Shown one piece after another: positions 9,593 through 18,523 of a stretch of DNA of 62,133 nucleotides (position 1 is its first letter; each line of letters starts with the position of its first letter). The position numbers and the translations under genes are program-made. A model generated the notes under the pieces. It saw nothing but the letters and a program-made list of their open reading frames with translations, was not told the DNA's origin and made no database searches. Source of the stretch: Candidatus Anoxychlamydiales bacterium (lineage in GTDB: Bacteria; Chlamydiota; Chlamydiia; Chlamydiales; SM23-39); NCBI GenBank assembly GCA_011064875.1, contig JAAKFV010000001.1, positions 1 to 62,133 on the forward strand, given 5' to 3'.

Positions 9593-9704
9593 ATTGATAG
9601 TAGGTTTTTTCAGAATACGATTTTATTAGATATGGGCTTTAATTTGAATAAATTCATTTAAAAAATAAATTTAATTTTTTCAAAAAAAGCTTTTATTCGA
9701 TTTA

Positions 9705-9733
9705 TTGACAAAAAGGGTGTTTATCCTTATACT
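9705..9733 (+). promoter_or_regulatory. Sigma70-type promoter for groEL (TTGACA-17 nt-TATACT)
   Basis: ttgaca at 9705-9710, an exact 17-nt spacer and tatact at 9728-9733, ~120 nt upstream of the groEL ATG. A GGAG Shine-Dalgarno lies at 9841-9844. Confidence 0.6.
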
Positions 9734-9852
9734 AGCGGTTATTTTTATAAGTAAATTAGGTAATAAAATTTAAATTAAAAATTTAAATAAACATAAAGTT
9801 TAAATTTAATTTTTTTTTACCTTTAGATTAAAATTATTAAGGAGAATAAGAC

Positions 9853-11523
9853 ATGTCTAAAATGTTTCAATTTAATGATAAAGCTCATCGATCAATTCTA
9901 TTAGGTGTTAAAATGCTTGCAAAAACTGTTAAAGTAACCCTAGGACCTAAAGGAAAAAATGTAATTATAAAAAAAGATTTTGAATTAATCTCCACAAAAG
10001 ATGGGGTTAGTGTTGCCGAAGAGATCTTTTTAAAAGATAAATTTGAAAATATGGCAGCTCAAATGGTGAAAGAAGCCTCAAAAAAAACAGCAGATATAGC
10101 AGGAGATGGAACTACAACAGCTATAGTTTTAGCTGAAGCTATTTTTTTAGAAGGCCTAAAATATGTCATAGCAGGTACAAATCCAATATTTCTTAAAAGA
10201 AGAATTGAAAAGGTGCTCGATTCTATCTACAAACATCTAGATGAGATGAAATCAGAGATTAAATCTAAAGAAGAGATCAAACAGATAGCTACAATTTCTG
10301 CAAATAATGATTTAGAGGTAGGCTCGATTATAGCAGATGCTTTAGACAAAGTTGGAAAAAATGGAATTGTTTCCATCTCTGATGGAAAAGGTATAGAAAC
10401 AACTTTAGATATAGTAGAAGGCCTGCAATTTGATAGTGGTTTCTTATCTCCTTATTTCATCACAAATCCCGAAAAGATGTTAGTTGAGTTTGAAAATCCT
10501 CTAATCTATATCACAGATAAAAAATTATCATCTGCAAAAGATGTAGCTTCAATTTTAGAAAAAGTTATGCAAAAAGAAGTAAGATCTCTTCTAATAATTG
10601 CTGAAGATATCGATTCAGATGCTCTTACAACGTTAGTTGTAAATAAAGTTAAAGCAAACCTTCCAATAGCTGCTGTAAAAGCACCTTTTTTTGGAGATAA
10701 AAGAAAAGAGGTTTTAAGAGATATTGCAATTTTAACAAATGCAAAGGTAATTGCAGATGATGAGGGATTAGATCTTAAAAATTTTGATGAAAGTTATTTA
10801 GGAAAAGCTAAAAAAATAAAAATTTCCAAAGAAAATACAATTATCATAGATGGATTTGGATCTTTAGATGAGATCAAAAAAAGAGAAACCCAAATCAAAA
10901 ATGAAATAGCTATGTCTACTTCTGATTTTGATATTGAAAAGTTAAATGAAAGACTCTCTAATTTAGTAGGAAAAGCTGGAGTGATCAATGTTGGTGCTGC
11001 AACAGAGACAGAGATGAAAGAGAAAAAACAAAGAATAGACGATGCTCTTCATGCTACTAAAGCAGCAGCGATAGAAGGAATAGTTCCTGGCGGGGGAGTT
11101 GCTCTTTTAAGATGCTCTAACTTTTTAGATGAAATTGAAGTAGAAAATTCAGATGAAAAAATAGCTATCGAAATAATTAAAAAAGCAATTCTAATGCCTG
11201 CAATAGTTATTGCAAATAATGCTGGTAAAAAAGGAGATGTAATAGCTGAAAAGATTTTAGAAAAAAAGGGAAGTGTAGGATATAATGCATATACTGATAA
11301 ATTCTCTGATTTGATAAAAGATGGGGTTATCGATCCTGTCTTAGTTACAAAAACAGCTCTTAAAAATGCAGCATCTATTGCAATGCTACTACTTTCTACA
11401 GCCGTAATGATAACAGACAAACCGAGCGCAAAAAAAGAGACTTCCCCTATGATGGATCCATCAATGATGGGTGGCATGGGTGGAATGGGCGGTATGCCTG
11501 GCATGGGAATGCCAATGATGTAG
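9853..11523 (+). CDS. groEL: Chaperonin GroEL (Cpn60) with Gly-Gly-Met C-terminal tail
   Basis: VKVTLGPKGKNV, TKDGVSVAEEI, AGDGTTTA, GFLSPYF, APFFGDKRK, IVPGGGVALL, DPVLVTKTAL and tail MMGGMGGMGGMPGMGMPMM. No groES ORF upstream. Confidence 0.9.
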   Translation: MSKMFQFNDKAHRSILLGVKMLAKTVKVTLGPKGKNVIIKKDFELISTKDGVSVAEEIFLKDKFENMAAQMVKEASKKTADIAGDGTTTAIVLAEAIFLEGLKYVIAGTNPIFLKRRIEKVLDSIYKHLDEMKSEIKSKEEIKQIATISANNDLEVGSIIADALDKVGKNGIVSISDGKGIETTLDIVEGLQFDSGFLSPYFITNPEKMLVEFENPLIYITDKKLSSAKDVASILEKVMQKEVRSLLIIAEDIDSDALTTLVVNKVKANLPIAAVKAPFFGDKRKEVLRDIAILTNAKVIADDEGLDLKNFDESYLGKAKKIKISKENTIIIDGFGSLDEIKKRETQIKNEIAMSTSDFDIEKLNERLSNLVGKAGVINVGAATETEMKEKKQRIDDALHATKAAAIEGIVPGGGVALLRCSNFLDEIEVENSDEKIAIEIIKKAILMPAIVIANNAGKKGDVIAEKILEKKGSVGYNAYTDKFSDLIKDGVIDPVLVTKTALKNAASIAMLLLSTAVMITDKPSAKKETSPMMDPSMMGGMGGMGGMPGMGMPMM

Positions 11524-11596
11524 GTTTTTTTTAGGACAAGAGACAACTTTTTCATAAGATAGTTTTTTGAAAGTAAACTAAAAATAAAAGAAAAAA

Positions 11597-12808
11597 ATGG
11601 CTATAAACGTTTCAAGATTAGAAAGATTAAGTGCTGCAGATATTTTTCAAGCTGCCTATCCAAAGCATATGAAAAAATCTCTGATTTCTAAAATAGCAAA
11701 GCTTGTCTACGACATCTTTTCAGTTATTATTTTTCCGATTGCAATATGTAGATACATACATTATAAAATTCATACTTTTTTAGGACATTACATGTTTGTC
11801 CCATCTCAATTTATATCTAAAACTATAAAAACAACAAATTGGTTTGTAAATCCCATAAAAGAAGTAAAACAGAAAAAATACTTAAGACAGGGTAGACAAA
11901 AATTAAAAGAAGTTTTTAATGCAGAAATAGTAAACATTAAAACTGCTGATGGAGCAAAACTAAATGGTGTTTTTGTTCCTGGTAAAGATCCCTATGGTAG
12001 AGAATTAAAAAAAGATGGGCCACTAATTATCCATTTTTTAGGTCAAGGGGCTAAATATGAAGATTTGGGCCATTACAAAGAGGTTCTATCGAGTATAAAA
12101 AATCACAATGTTTTAGTATTTAATGAAAGAGGTGTCGTAAAAAGTTCATCTGTTGCAACAAGAAAAGGACTTTTTTTAGATGCAGAAGCTATTTTACAAT
12201 TTGCGAAAAAAAGACTTAATGTTCCAAAAGAAAAAATGATTTTACATGGGCATTCTTTCGGTGGTGTAAAAGCAACATATTTAGCATCAAAACACAGGGA
12301 TTTAAAACTATTAAACGATCGATCCTTTGCTTCTTCAGAAAAAGCTGTTTATTATATGACTGTAGAAGAGCTGTTTTACTCTGCTTTTTCTTATTGTTTG
12401 ATGATGCCTTATATTTTAATGCTAAAATTCGCTCCTCAAAAAATAGTTAATATAGTTCAAGGCTTTGTAGAAAAACATGAGATTTGTGACGATAAAAAAT
12501 TACAAAAACCTATTATTGTAATTAAATTGATAAGAGCTATATCTTCTGTTATAGCATTTATTTTTGCTAAATTTACGGTTTTATTTGGTTGGGGGCTTTA
12601 TCCTGAAAAAGATTGGCAAAAAGTAAAAGCCAAAAAATTTATTCTATTTTTACCAAATGATGAGAAAATTCCATATGAAGCTAGTTTTTTTAAAGCTGTG
12701 AAAAAAACAGAAAAACAATTTATTAGAATTTTAGATCCTAACTGCCTTCATTGGACAGCAATTTCTCAAGATATCTTTAATGAAGCTCTAAATTTTTTAA
12801 AAGATTAA
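11597..12808 (+). CDS. Membrane-associated alpha/beta-hydrolase-fold protein (serine hydrolase; possibly the Chlamydia CHLPS/DUF818-like family)
   Basis: Nucleophile elbow LHGHSFGG. N-terminal hydrophobic helix (VYDIFSVIIFPIAICRYI) and further hydrophobic segments (SAFSYCLMMPYILML, AISSVIAFIFAKFTVLFGWGL). 403 aa (~43 kDa size class). The DUF818 assignment is from memory only. Confidence 0.5.
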   Translation: MAINVSRLERLSAADIFQAAYPKHMKKSLISKIAKLVYDIFSVIIFPIAICRYIHYKIHTFLGHYMFVPSQFISKTIKTTNWFVNPIKEVKQKKYLRQGRQKLKEVFNAEIVNIKTADGAKLNGVFVPGKDPYGRELKKDGPLIIHFLGQGAKYEDLGHYKEVLSSIKNHNVLVFNERGVVKSSSVATRKGLFLDAEAILQFAKKRLNVPKEKMILHGHSFGGVKATYLASKHRDLKLLNDRSFASSEKAVYYMTVEELFYSAFSYCLMMPYILMLKFAPQKIVNIVQGFVEKHEICDDKKLQKPIIVIKLIRAISSVIAFIFAKFTVLFGWGLYPEKDWQKVKAKKFILFLPNDEKIPYEASFFKAVKKTEKQFIRILDPNCLHWTAISQDIFNEALNFLKD

Positions 12809-12823
12809 ATTTTTTTATTATTA

Positions 12824-14461
12824 TTATTTTATTTTCCAAAAAATAGGAGCGAAGACAAGTAAAATTATAAAATATTCTAATCTTCCGAGTAACATCAAAA
12901 AACTAGATAAGAGCTTACTAAAACCATTCATAAAAGCAAAAGAAGTGGAAGGGCCACCTGCTCCAAAAGCAAAACCAATATTATTTAACATACAAGCTAC
13001 TGATGATACAGAAGTTTCTGAATCTATTTGAGCAAAAATAAAAAAAACAGTTCCTAAAACTGTAAAAAATGCAACTAAACTAAAAAATGCTAAAACTGTA
13101 ACTCCTGTGCTCATGGGAATCTCTTTTTTTCCAATTTTAAGAGGTCGTATAGTTGAAGGTCTAAAAATCTCTTCTATCTTGTTTTTTAAAATCTTATATA
13201 AGATATAAAATCTAGAGGTTTTAATTCCTCCACAAGTAGCTCCAGACATTCCTCCGATAAACATTAAAAGAAGCATAAAAAGTTGAGTAGCAAATGGCCA
13301 TTTAGCAATATCTGTTGTTACAAATCCCGTAGATGTTTGAGCGGAGATTGCATGAAACGTTCCCTCTCTAATGGCTCTAGAGACGGTATATACACCTGTT
13401 TTTGCTCCTTCTAGAGAGTAGCTCTCAGCTCCAATTAATTTTAAAACAACTAAAACTGAGCCTATTATAACAACGGCGATAAACAAGAAAAAATCAGGTT
13501 CGTAAATTCTGAAAAACTTTCCTCTAAGACAGTGAAAATATAGAGCAAAGTTTATACTTCCGACAAACATAAATACAATTATTACCCATTCTGTTAAAAA
13601 ATTATGATAACTTCCAATTGAATCATTTCGAATTGCATAACCACCTGTTGAAAGATTTGAAAAGGTAATACAAAAGGCATCTAAAATTGGCATTTTTTCA
13701 TTTGTTAAAATTAAGAAAAACACCTCTATTATTGTTAGTCCTAAATATAGTTTCCAAAGAAGCGATGCTGTCTCTTTAATTCTAGGAGCGATAGATTCTT
13801 TAACTGGGCCTGTCATTTCTGCTTGAAGCAGAAATTTTCCTCCAACAGCGAGAGCTGGCAAAATAGTTAGAAAAAGTACAACGATTCCAAGTCCTCCGAG
13901 CCATTGAATAAAACTTCGCCAAAACAATATTGCTTTACTAACTGCTTCAACTCCTTGATAGAGGATAGCGCCAGATGCATCTCTAACAGGTGTGATCGTT
14001 CCATAAAAGGTGTAGTTTTTTTCTGGATAGTGTGGATTTTTCACAGAATATGGCTTTGGTGTTGTAGAGTTTGCTTCAAAAAGTTTGGGACACATTACAG
14101 TAGAACCAGTTGTTGTTAAGCCAGAAATTGATTCAAAAACGCAATCTACTGGATTATTTAAAGTATTTGAAAAATAAAAAGGCAATCCACTAACAATGGT
14201 TGCGAGCACCCACATAAGAATTACTATTAAAACACTCTCTCTTCTAAAAAAAACTCCGGTAGCTTTTTTTCCAAAATACAAAAATATTCCAGATAAGACT
14301 AAACTAACCAAAATCGTTTTTAAAAAAGCTAAAGTAGAATTTGGATGTGGTGTTTTGAAGATAAATTCAAAATAAAGAGCAATCAAAAGGGGAATAATTA
14401 GAATCAAAGAAAAGTAAAAAAGTAGTTTACCGATAATTTTACTAACTTCTTGATATCTCAA
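12824..14461 (-). CDS. trkH: Trk-type K+ uptake transporter, membrane subunit TrkH
   Basis: 545-aa polytopic membrane protein with repeated pore-loop-like motifs (SGLTTTGSTV, LSTGGYAI, QTSTGF, ATCGGIKT). TTG start preceded by AAGGAG 8 nt upstream. Lies immediately downstream of trkA. Confidence 0.85.
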   Translation of the reverse strand: MRYQEVSKIIGKLLFYFSLILIIPLLIALYFEFIFKTPHPNSTLAFLKTILVSLVLSGIFLYFGKKATGVFFRRESVLIVILMWVLATIVSGLPFYFSNTLNNPVDCVFESISGLTTTGSTVMCPKLFEANSTTPKPYSVKNPHYPEKNYTFYGTITPVRDASGAILYQGVEAVSKAILFWRSFIQWLGGLGIVVLFLTILPALAVGGKFLLQAEMTGPVKESIAPRIKETASLLWKLYLGLTIIEVFFLILTNEKMPILDAFCITFSNLSTGGYAIRNDSIGSYHNFLTEWVIIVFMFVGSINFALYFHCLRGKFFRIYEPDFFLFIAVVIIGSVLVVLKLIGAESYSLEGAKTGVYTVSRAIREGTFHAISAQTSTGFVTTDIAKWPFATQLFMLLLMFIGGMSGATCGGIKTSRFYILYKILKNKIEEIFRPSTIRPLKIGKKEIPMSTGVTVLAFFSLVAFFTVLGTVFFIFAQIDSETSVSSVACMLNNIGFAFGAGGPSTSFAFMNGFSKLLSSFLMLLGRLEYFIILLVFAPIFWKIK

Positions 14462-14472
14462 TTTTGAGCTCC

Positions 14473-15843
14473 TTAAAATAAGTCTTGCAGTTGAGCTATT
14501 ATCTCGGGGCTAGTATTTAAAATTAAAGTATCACCCGGAGAAATAATTCTATTACCTTTTCCAATCATAACTCTGCCTCTATTTTCAATTGCGCTAATAA
14601 TTAAATTTTTAGGAAGTTTTGCGCTAAGCTCGGATAGTGGTATTCCAACGAGCTCACAATCTTCTGAGACTTTTATTTCTAATACTTTTGCTTTATTATC
14701 GCAAAGAGATGCTATCGAAATTATTTTCTCTTCATGAATTATCGATAAAATTCTATTAGCTATATTTACTCTTTCAGAAACAGCATATTTAATATCCAAA
14801 GATTTTAAAATAGATGCAAAACTTGTATTAGAAATTAAGCTAATTACCTTTTTGCAACCAATGTATTTACCGATACTTGCGATCAAAAAATTCTCTTCAT
14901 CTCTATTAGTGCATACAACAAAAGCGTCAACATCTGAGATTTGCTCAGATGCAAAAAACTCTAAATTTTTTCCATCTTCATTTATAACAGTGCTTTTTGG
15001 AAGCAGATCTGCAATTTCTCTACATCGATTCTCATCATGCTCAATTATTTTTACATGAATATTTCTAAGCTCTAAAATGTGAGCGAGTCTCACTCCTACA
15101 GCAGAGCCACCAACTATCACTACAGATTTTGCTTTTTTTTGTTCTATTTTAAAAAAGTTATGGATATCTTGCATGAATTTAGTCTCACCGAGTACAGTGA
15201 TCTCATCTCCCACTTCAATATGATCAGTTCCGTGAGGAAAAATAATTTTTTCAATAAATTTATTAGGATCTTTTGGATCTTTCTTTTTTCTTCTAATAAG
15301 GCCTATTATCATCTCTTCTGGAAGTTCTAAAGAGTTTAAGGAGACATCTGTTTTGCCCCATTTTTGAGGAACAACTATCGTTCTCATTTGAATAGCCCCG
15401 TGAGCAAAATTCTCAATTGCTAGATCTTCTGGATTTATTATGCTTTTTAAAATATCATTTGCAGCTAAAACTTCTGCTCCGATAAAATGATCTACATAAA
15501 AAAGCCTTCCAAAATCTAGTCTTGATCTTGCTAAAAAACCGATCTCTTTTACTCTAGAAACTGTTTTTGGATATCCTAAATTTTTTGCAATTGCGCACGA
15601 TACTAAATTAGTCTCGTCATCACCTGTCATAGCAATGAAAATATCTGGTTCATTTTCGATTAAAGCATCTAAAATTTTCCAACGAGATCCATAACCGAGT
15701 AGAGTTGCAACATCTGTTTTTTCACTAACCTTTTCTAAAATAATCGGATCTTTATCGATTAAAGTAACACTATGTTGTTCATTTGCTAAAACTTGAGCTA
15801 AGTAAGAGCCAATTTCTCCTGCACCTAAAATAACTATATTCAT
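14473..15843 (-). CDS. trkA: Trk system NAD-binding peripheral subunit TrkA (two RCK/KTN modules)
   Basis: Two Rossmann motifs (IVILGAGEIGSYLA; VVIVGGSAVGVRLA). 456 aa, the canonical two-module TrkA length. Confidence 0.85.
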   Translation of the reverse strand: MNIVILGAGEIGSYLAQVLANEQHSVTLIDKDPIILEKVSEKTDVATLLGYGSRWKILDALIENEPDIFIAMTGDDETNLVSCAIAKNLGYPKTVSRVKEIGFLARSRLDFGRLFYVDHFIGAEVLAANDILKSIINPEDLAIENFAHGAIQMRTIVVPQKWGKTDVSLNSLELPEEMIIGLIRRKKKDPKDPNKFIEKIIFPHGTDHIEVGDEITVLGETKFMQDIHNFFKIEQKKAKSVVIVGGSAVGVRLAHILELRNIHVKIIEHDENRCREIADLLPKSTVINEDGKNLEFFASEQISDVDAFVVCTNRDEENFLIASIGKYIGCKKVISLISNTSFASILKSLDIKYAVSERVNIANRILSIIHEEKIISIASLCDNKAKVLEIKVSEDCELVGIPLSELSAKLPKNLIISAIENRGRVMIGKGNRIISPGDTLILNTSPEIIAQLQDLF

Positions 15844-16442
15844 TAAAATTTTTCCCTTTCAAAATTTTCTTGAAACTTTTTAGAAGATAGAACATCACTA
15901 AAATTATTTAAATTAGTAAGCGAAGCTAGATGAAGTTTTTCACTATAACTTGAGATGCAATCGGAAAGTGTTACTATTTGATAGTTTCTAGATGCCGCTT
16001 CTCTTGCTGTTGTTTCTACAATTCCGTTTGTTGTAAATCCAGATATTATTAACTTATTTACTCTGAGTGCTGCTAAATGTCTAGCTAGCTCAGTATGATA
16101 AAATGCTGACATAGTCCATCTTTTTATTTTATAATCTACATTTTTAATTTCATCTAAAAGATCATGTCCCCAAGAGTTATCTCTTAATCCCTCTTTTTCT
16201 AAAAAGGGTATCATTTTTTTATAAATTCCAAGTCCTATTGCATCTTTTTTTGTATTTTCTAAAACGCTCATTTGAACAGCAATAACTGGAATATTTTCTT
16301 TTTTGCAAAAATAGATCATATCGACAATATGAGGAACTATCTTTAAAGATAAATTTGCATCTAAACCATTTTTATGAAACGTTCCATCTATGCTGCAAAT
16401 ATCATTTTGAAGATCTAAAATTAAAAAAGCGCTATTCGACAT
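15843..16442 (-). CDS. Isochorismatase-family (cysteine-hydrolase-fold) protein lacking the nucleophile Cys
   Basis: FLILDLQNDI (Asp block), IKRWTMSAFYHTEL (Lys block) and LIISGFTTNGIVETTAREA, where the usual T-N-x-C-V-E is T-N-G-I-V-E. The stop overlaps the trkA start by 1 nt. Confidence 0.7.
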   Translation of the reverse strand: MSNSAFLILDLQNDICSIDGTFHKNGLDANLSLKIVPHIVDMIYFCKKENIPVIAVQMSVLENTKKDAIGLGIYKKMIPFLEKEGLRDNSWGHDLLDEIKNVDYKIKRWTMSAFYHTELARHLAALRVNKLIISGFTTNGIVETTAREAASRNYQIVTLSDCISSYSEKLHLASLTNLNNFSDVLSSKKFQENFEREKF

Positions 16443-16585
16443 ATTTCTTATTTATTTTTCCTATTATATTACTTATAACAATAAAATTATTTTTTTGTCG
16501 ATTTTGCAAAATATTTTAGAAATAAAAAATAAATATTATATTGGATAAATTTTCAAATATTTTTTTATAATATTTTTTTTTCTTT

Positions 16586-17593
16586 TTAGTAAGCCTTATA
16601 ATCAATAATTTTAAATGGATAATGAGCAAGAGATACGCTATCACTCGCTTTTTTGCATAGATCAGTTGATAAATATTTAAAAGAAGAATCTGAAAAAACG
16701 GTTGTAATTATTTCATCAGGATATTTTATTAATAATTGTAGAGCTCCGAGTAAATTTGCACCGCTAGATATTCCTACAGATAAACCCATTTTATTGATTT
16801 GTCTTGCTAAAGCAATACTCTCAGAGTCATCAACACTTATTATATTATTTAATTTATCTAATTTAACTAGTGCTGGAATAAACTCATCGCTGATTCCTTG
16901 AATTCGATGAGAACCTATATGTTTTCCTCCGCTCGATAACACCGGTGAATTTGCTGGCTCTAATGGATGGCATTTACAATCAATAACCTCTTTTTCAAAA
17001 AAGTCATGAAATCCCATTACTGTACCGCCTGTTCCCACTCCGGCAACAAATCGATCGGGTTTTAATCCTAATTTTTTTAATTGCATAACTAATTCTGGAG
17101 CTGTTGTTTTTTCATGAGCTTTTTTGTTATATTCATTTGAAAATTGATCGGGATAATACATATTTTTTTTCATAGCTATTTTTTTTGCTAACTCAAGAGA
17201 TCCTATGAAGCCACCTTCTTCTTTTGAAATTTTTATAATGTTAGCTCCTATAAGCTCTATGATAAGATAGCGCTCTTTGCTAAGCCAATCTGGCATAACT
17301 AAAGTTACTTCATGATCTAAAAATTTTCCCAATGCAGCAATCGCAATCCCTGTATTTCCGCTGGTAACTTCAATGACCGATTGCTCAGGTTTTAATAATT
17401 CGGATTTATATGCATGTTCATAAATATAATATGCCATTCTATCTTTGATGGATCCACTAAAATTAAATGCTTCATATTTCGCATAGATCTTTTTTAATTT
17501 TCCTTTTATTTCTACTTGAATTTCTAAAAGAGGAGTATGAAAAAAAAGTTTTTTTAAATTTTTCAAATGGGTTAATTGATGTGCGAGACTCAT
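16586..17593 (-). CDS. PLP-dependent cysteine synthase / cystathionine beta-synthase family enzyme
   Basis: FNFSGSIKDR (PLP lysine block), EVTSGNTGIAIA, GVGTGGTVMG and ISSGANL. The track start (17626) is a TTG, so I prefer ATG 17593 (MSLAHQL..). Confidence 0.8.
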   Translation of the reverse strand: MSLAHQLTHLKNLKKLFFHTPLLEIQVEIKGKLKKIYAKYEAFNFSGSIKDRMAYYIYEHAYKSELLKPEQSVIEVTSGNTGIAIAALGKFLDHEVTLVMPDWLSKERYLIIELIGANIIKISKEEGGFIGSLELAKKIAMKKNMYYPDQFSNEYNKKAHEKTTAPELVMQLKKLGLKPDRFVAGVGTGGTVMGFHDFFEKEVIDCKCHPLEPANSPVLSSGGKHIGSHRIQGISDEFIPALVKLDKLNNIISVDDSESIALARQINKMGLSVGISSGANLLGALQLLIKYPDEIITTVFSDSSFKYLSTDLCKKASDSVSLAHYPFKIIDYKAY

Positions 17594-17792
17594 AATTTTT
17601 CTCTTTTTATTTTTTTGAGAATTCAAAAAATAAATTTGCTCTTAAATTTGATGAATACCTAAAAAACAATAATAAAGCAATATAGGAGATTTTAACTTTG
17701 CCAAAATAAGACATTACAATTTTGACCTTACATATTTTATAAAACCCTTGATAAAAACATATAATATTAGTCATCATTAATAGCATTAAAAT

Positions 17793-17866
17793 GCACCGGT
17801 AGCTCAATTGGATAGAGTGCTTGGCTACGGACCAAGAGGTTAGGGGTTCAAATCCTCTCCGGTGCG
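17793..17866 (+). tRNA. tRNA-Arg (anticodon ACG), no encoded CCA
   Basis: gcaccgg acceptor pairs with ccggtgc. D-arm tagctcaattggatagagt. Anticodon stem cttgg/ccaag with loop ctACGga. T-arm ggggttcaaatcctc. Very close to the E. coli tRNA-Arg(ACG) layout. The 3' end is followed by gaggttttttttt, not CCA. Confidence 0.9.
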
Positions 17867-17880
17867 AGGTTTTTTTTTAT

Positions 17881-18507
17881 ATGTTAATAAAAATATTTGT
17901 TTTAGGTCCGATTGAGAATAATACTTTTGTAGTAACTTGTTCAAAATCAAAAAAATCTTTTGTCATAGATCCATCTTTTGGAGCTTTTGAAAAGATTAAA
18001 AATTTTTTAGAAGACAAGTCTTATACATTAGATAAGATTTTACTTACCCATTCTCATTTGGATCATATTGCAGATGTTAAGCATTTAAAAGATACATTTT
18101 CCTCTCCAGTTTACATTCATAAATTGGAGGCTAAAACGCTTCAAAAACCAGAGCCTTTATCTTTTTTTTCTATAAAAGCTGAAGGTGTAAAACCAGATGT
18201 TGTATTTGAAGATAATGATAAAATAGAAGTTGGCGATATAGAAATTAAAGTTATTCATACTCCAGGTCACACACCTGGAGGAACATGTTTTTATATTGAG
18301 AAAGAAAAAACTCTTTTTTCTGGAGATACACTCTTTAAAGGATCTTTTGGGAGAGTAGATTTTTCATATTCTAATCCAAAAGATATGATTAAATCTTTAA
18401 AAAAACTCTCGAAACTTCCAAAAGAGACAAAAGTATATCCAGGGCATGGCTCTCAAACAACAATAAAGCAAGAAAGCTGGATGGAAAATGTAGAACAATT
18501 TATTTAA
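17881..18507 (+). CDS. Metallo-beta-lactamase-fold hydrolase (hydroxyacylglutathione hydrolase-like)
   Basis: THSHLDHI (HxHxDH), HTPGHTPG, GDTLF and PGHG. The track ORF start 17821 runs through the tRNA, so ATG 17881 (MLIKIFVLGP..) is the credible start. Confidence 0.8.
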   Translation: MLIKIFVLGPIENNTFVVTCSKSKKSFVIDPSFGAFEKIKNFLEDKSYTLDKILLTHSHLDHIADVKHLKDTFSSPVYIHKLEAKTLQKPEPLSFFSIKAEGVKPDVVFEDNDKIEVGDIEIKVIHTPGHTPGGTCFYIEKEKTLFSGDTLFKGSFGRVDFSYSNPKDMIKSLKKLSKLPKETKVYPGHGSQTTIKQESWMENVEQFI

Positions 18508-18523
18508 ATAAAAGGAGTATAAA

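Noticed and set aside
9593-9852. Searched the groEL leader for a CIRCE (HrcA) operator and noted several ATTTAAAT palindromes (about 9768-9830)
   Set aside because: There is no TTAGCACTC-N9-GAGTGCTAA-like inverted repeat. The ATTTAAAT strings are low-complexity AT palindromes expected by chance in this composition.
11049-11555. 168-aa ORF antisense to the 3' end of groEL (also 10794..10988)
   Set aside because: It lies entirely inside the well-supported groEL frame. Its Pro/Ile-rich product is the mirror of the GGM/Ala-rich groEL tail. There is no RBS or independent signal.
17607-17807. 66-aa minus-strand ORF overlapping the cysteine-synthase leader and the start of the tRNA
   Set aside because: Its composition is low-complexity and AT-driven, it overlaps a tRNA gene, and it has no RBS.
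17821-17880. N-terminal extension of the metallo-beta-lactamase ORF (MATDQEVRGSNPLRCEVFFY)
   Set aside because: These codons are the 3' half of tRNA-Arg read as protein. The real start is ATG 17881.
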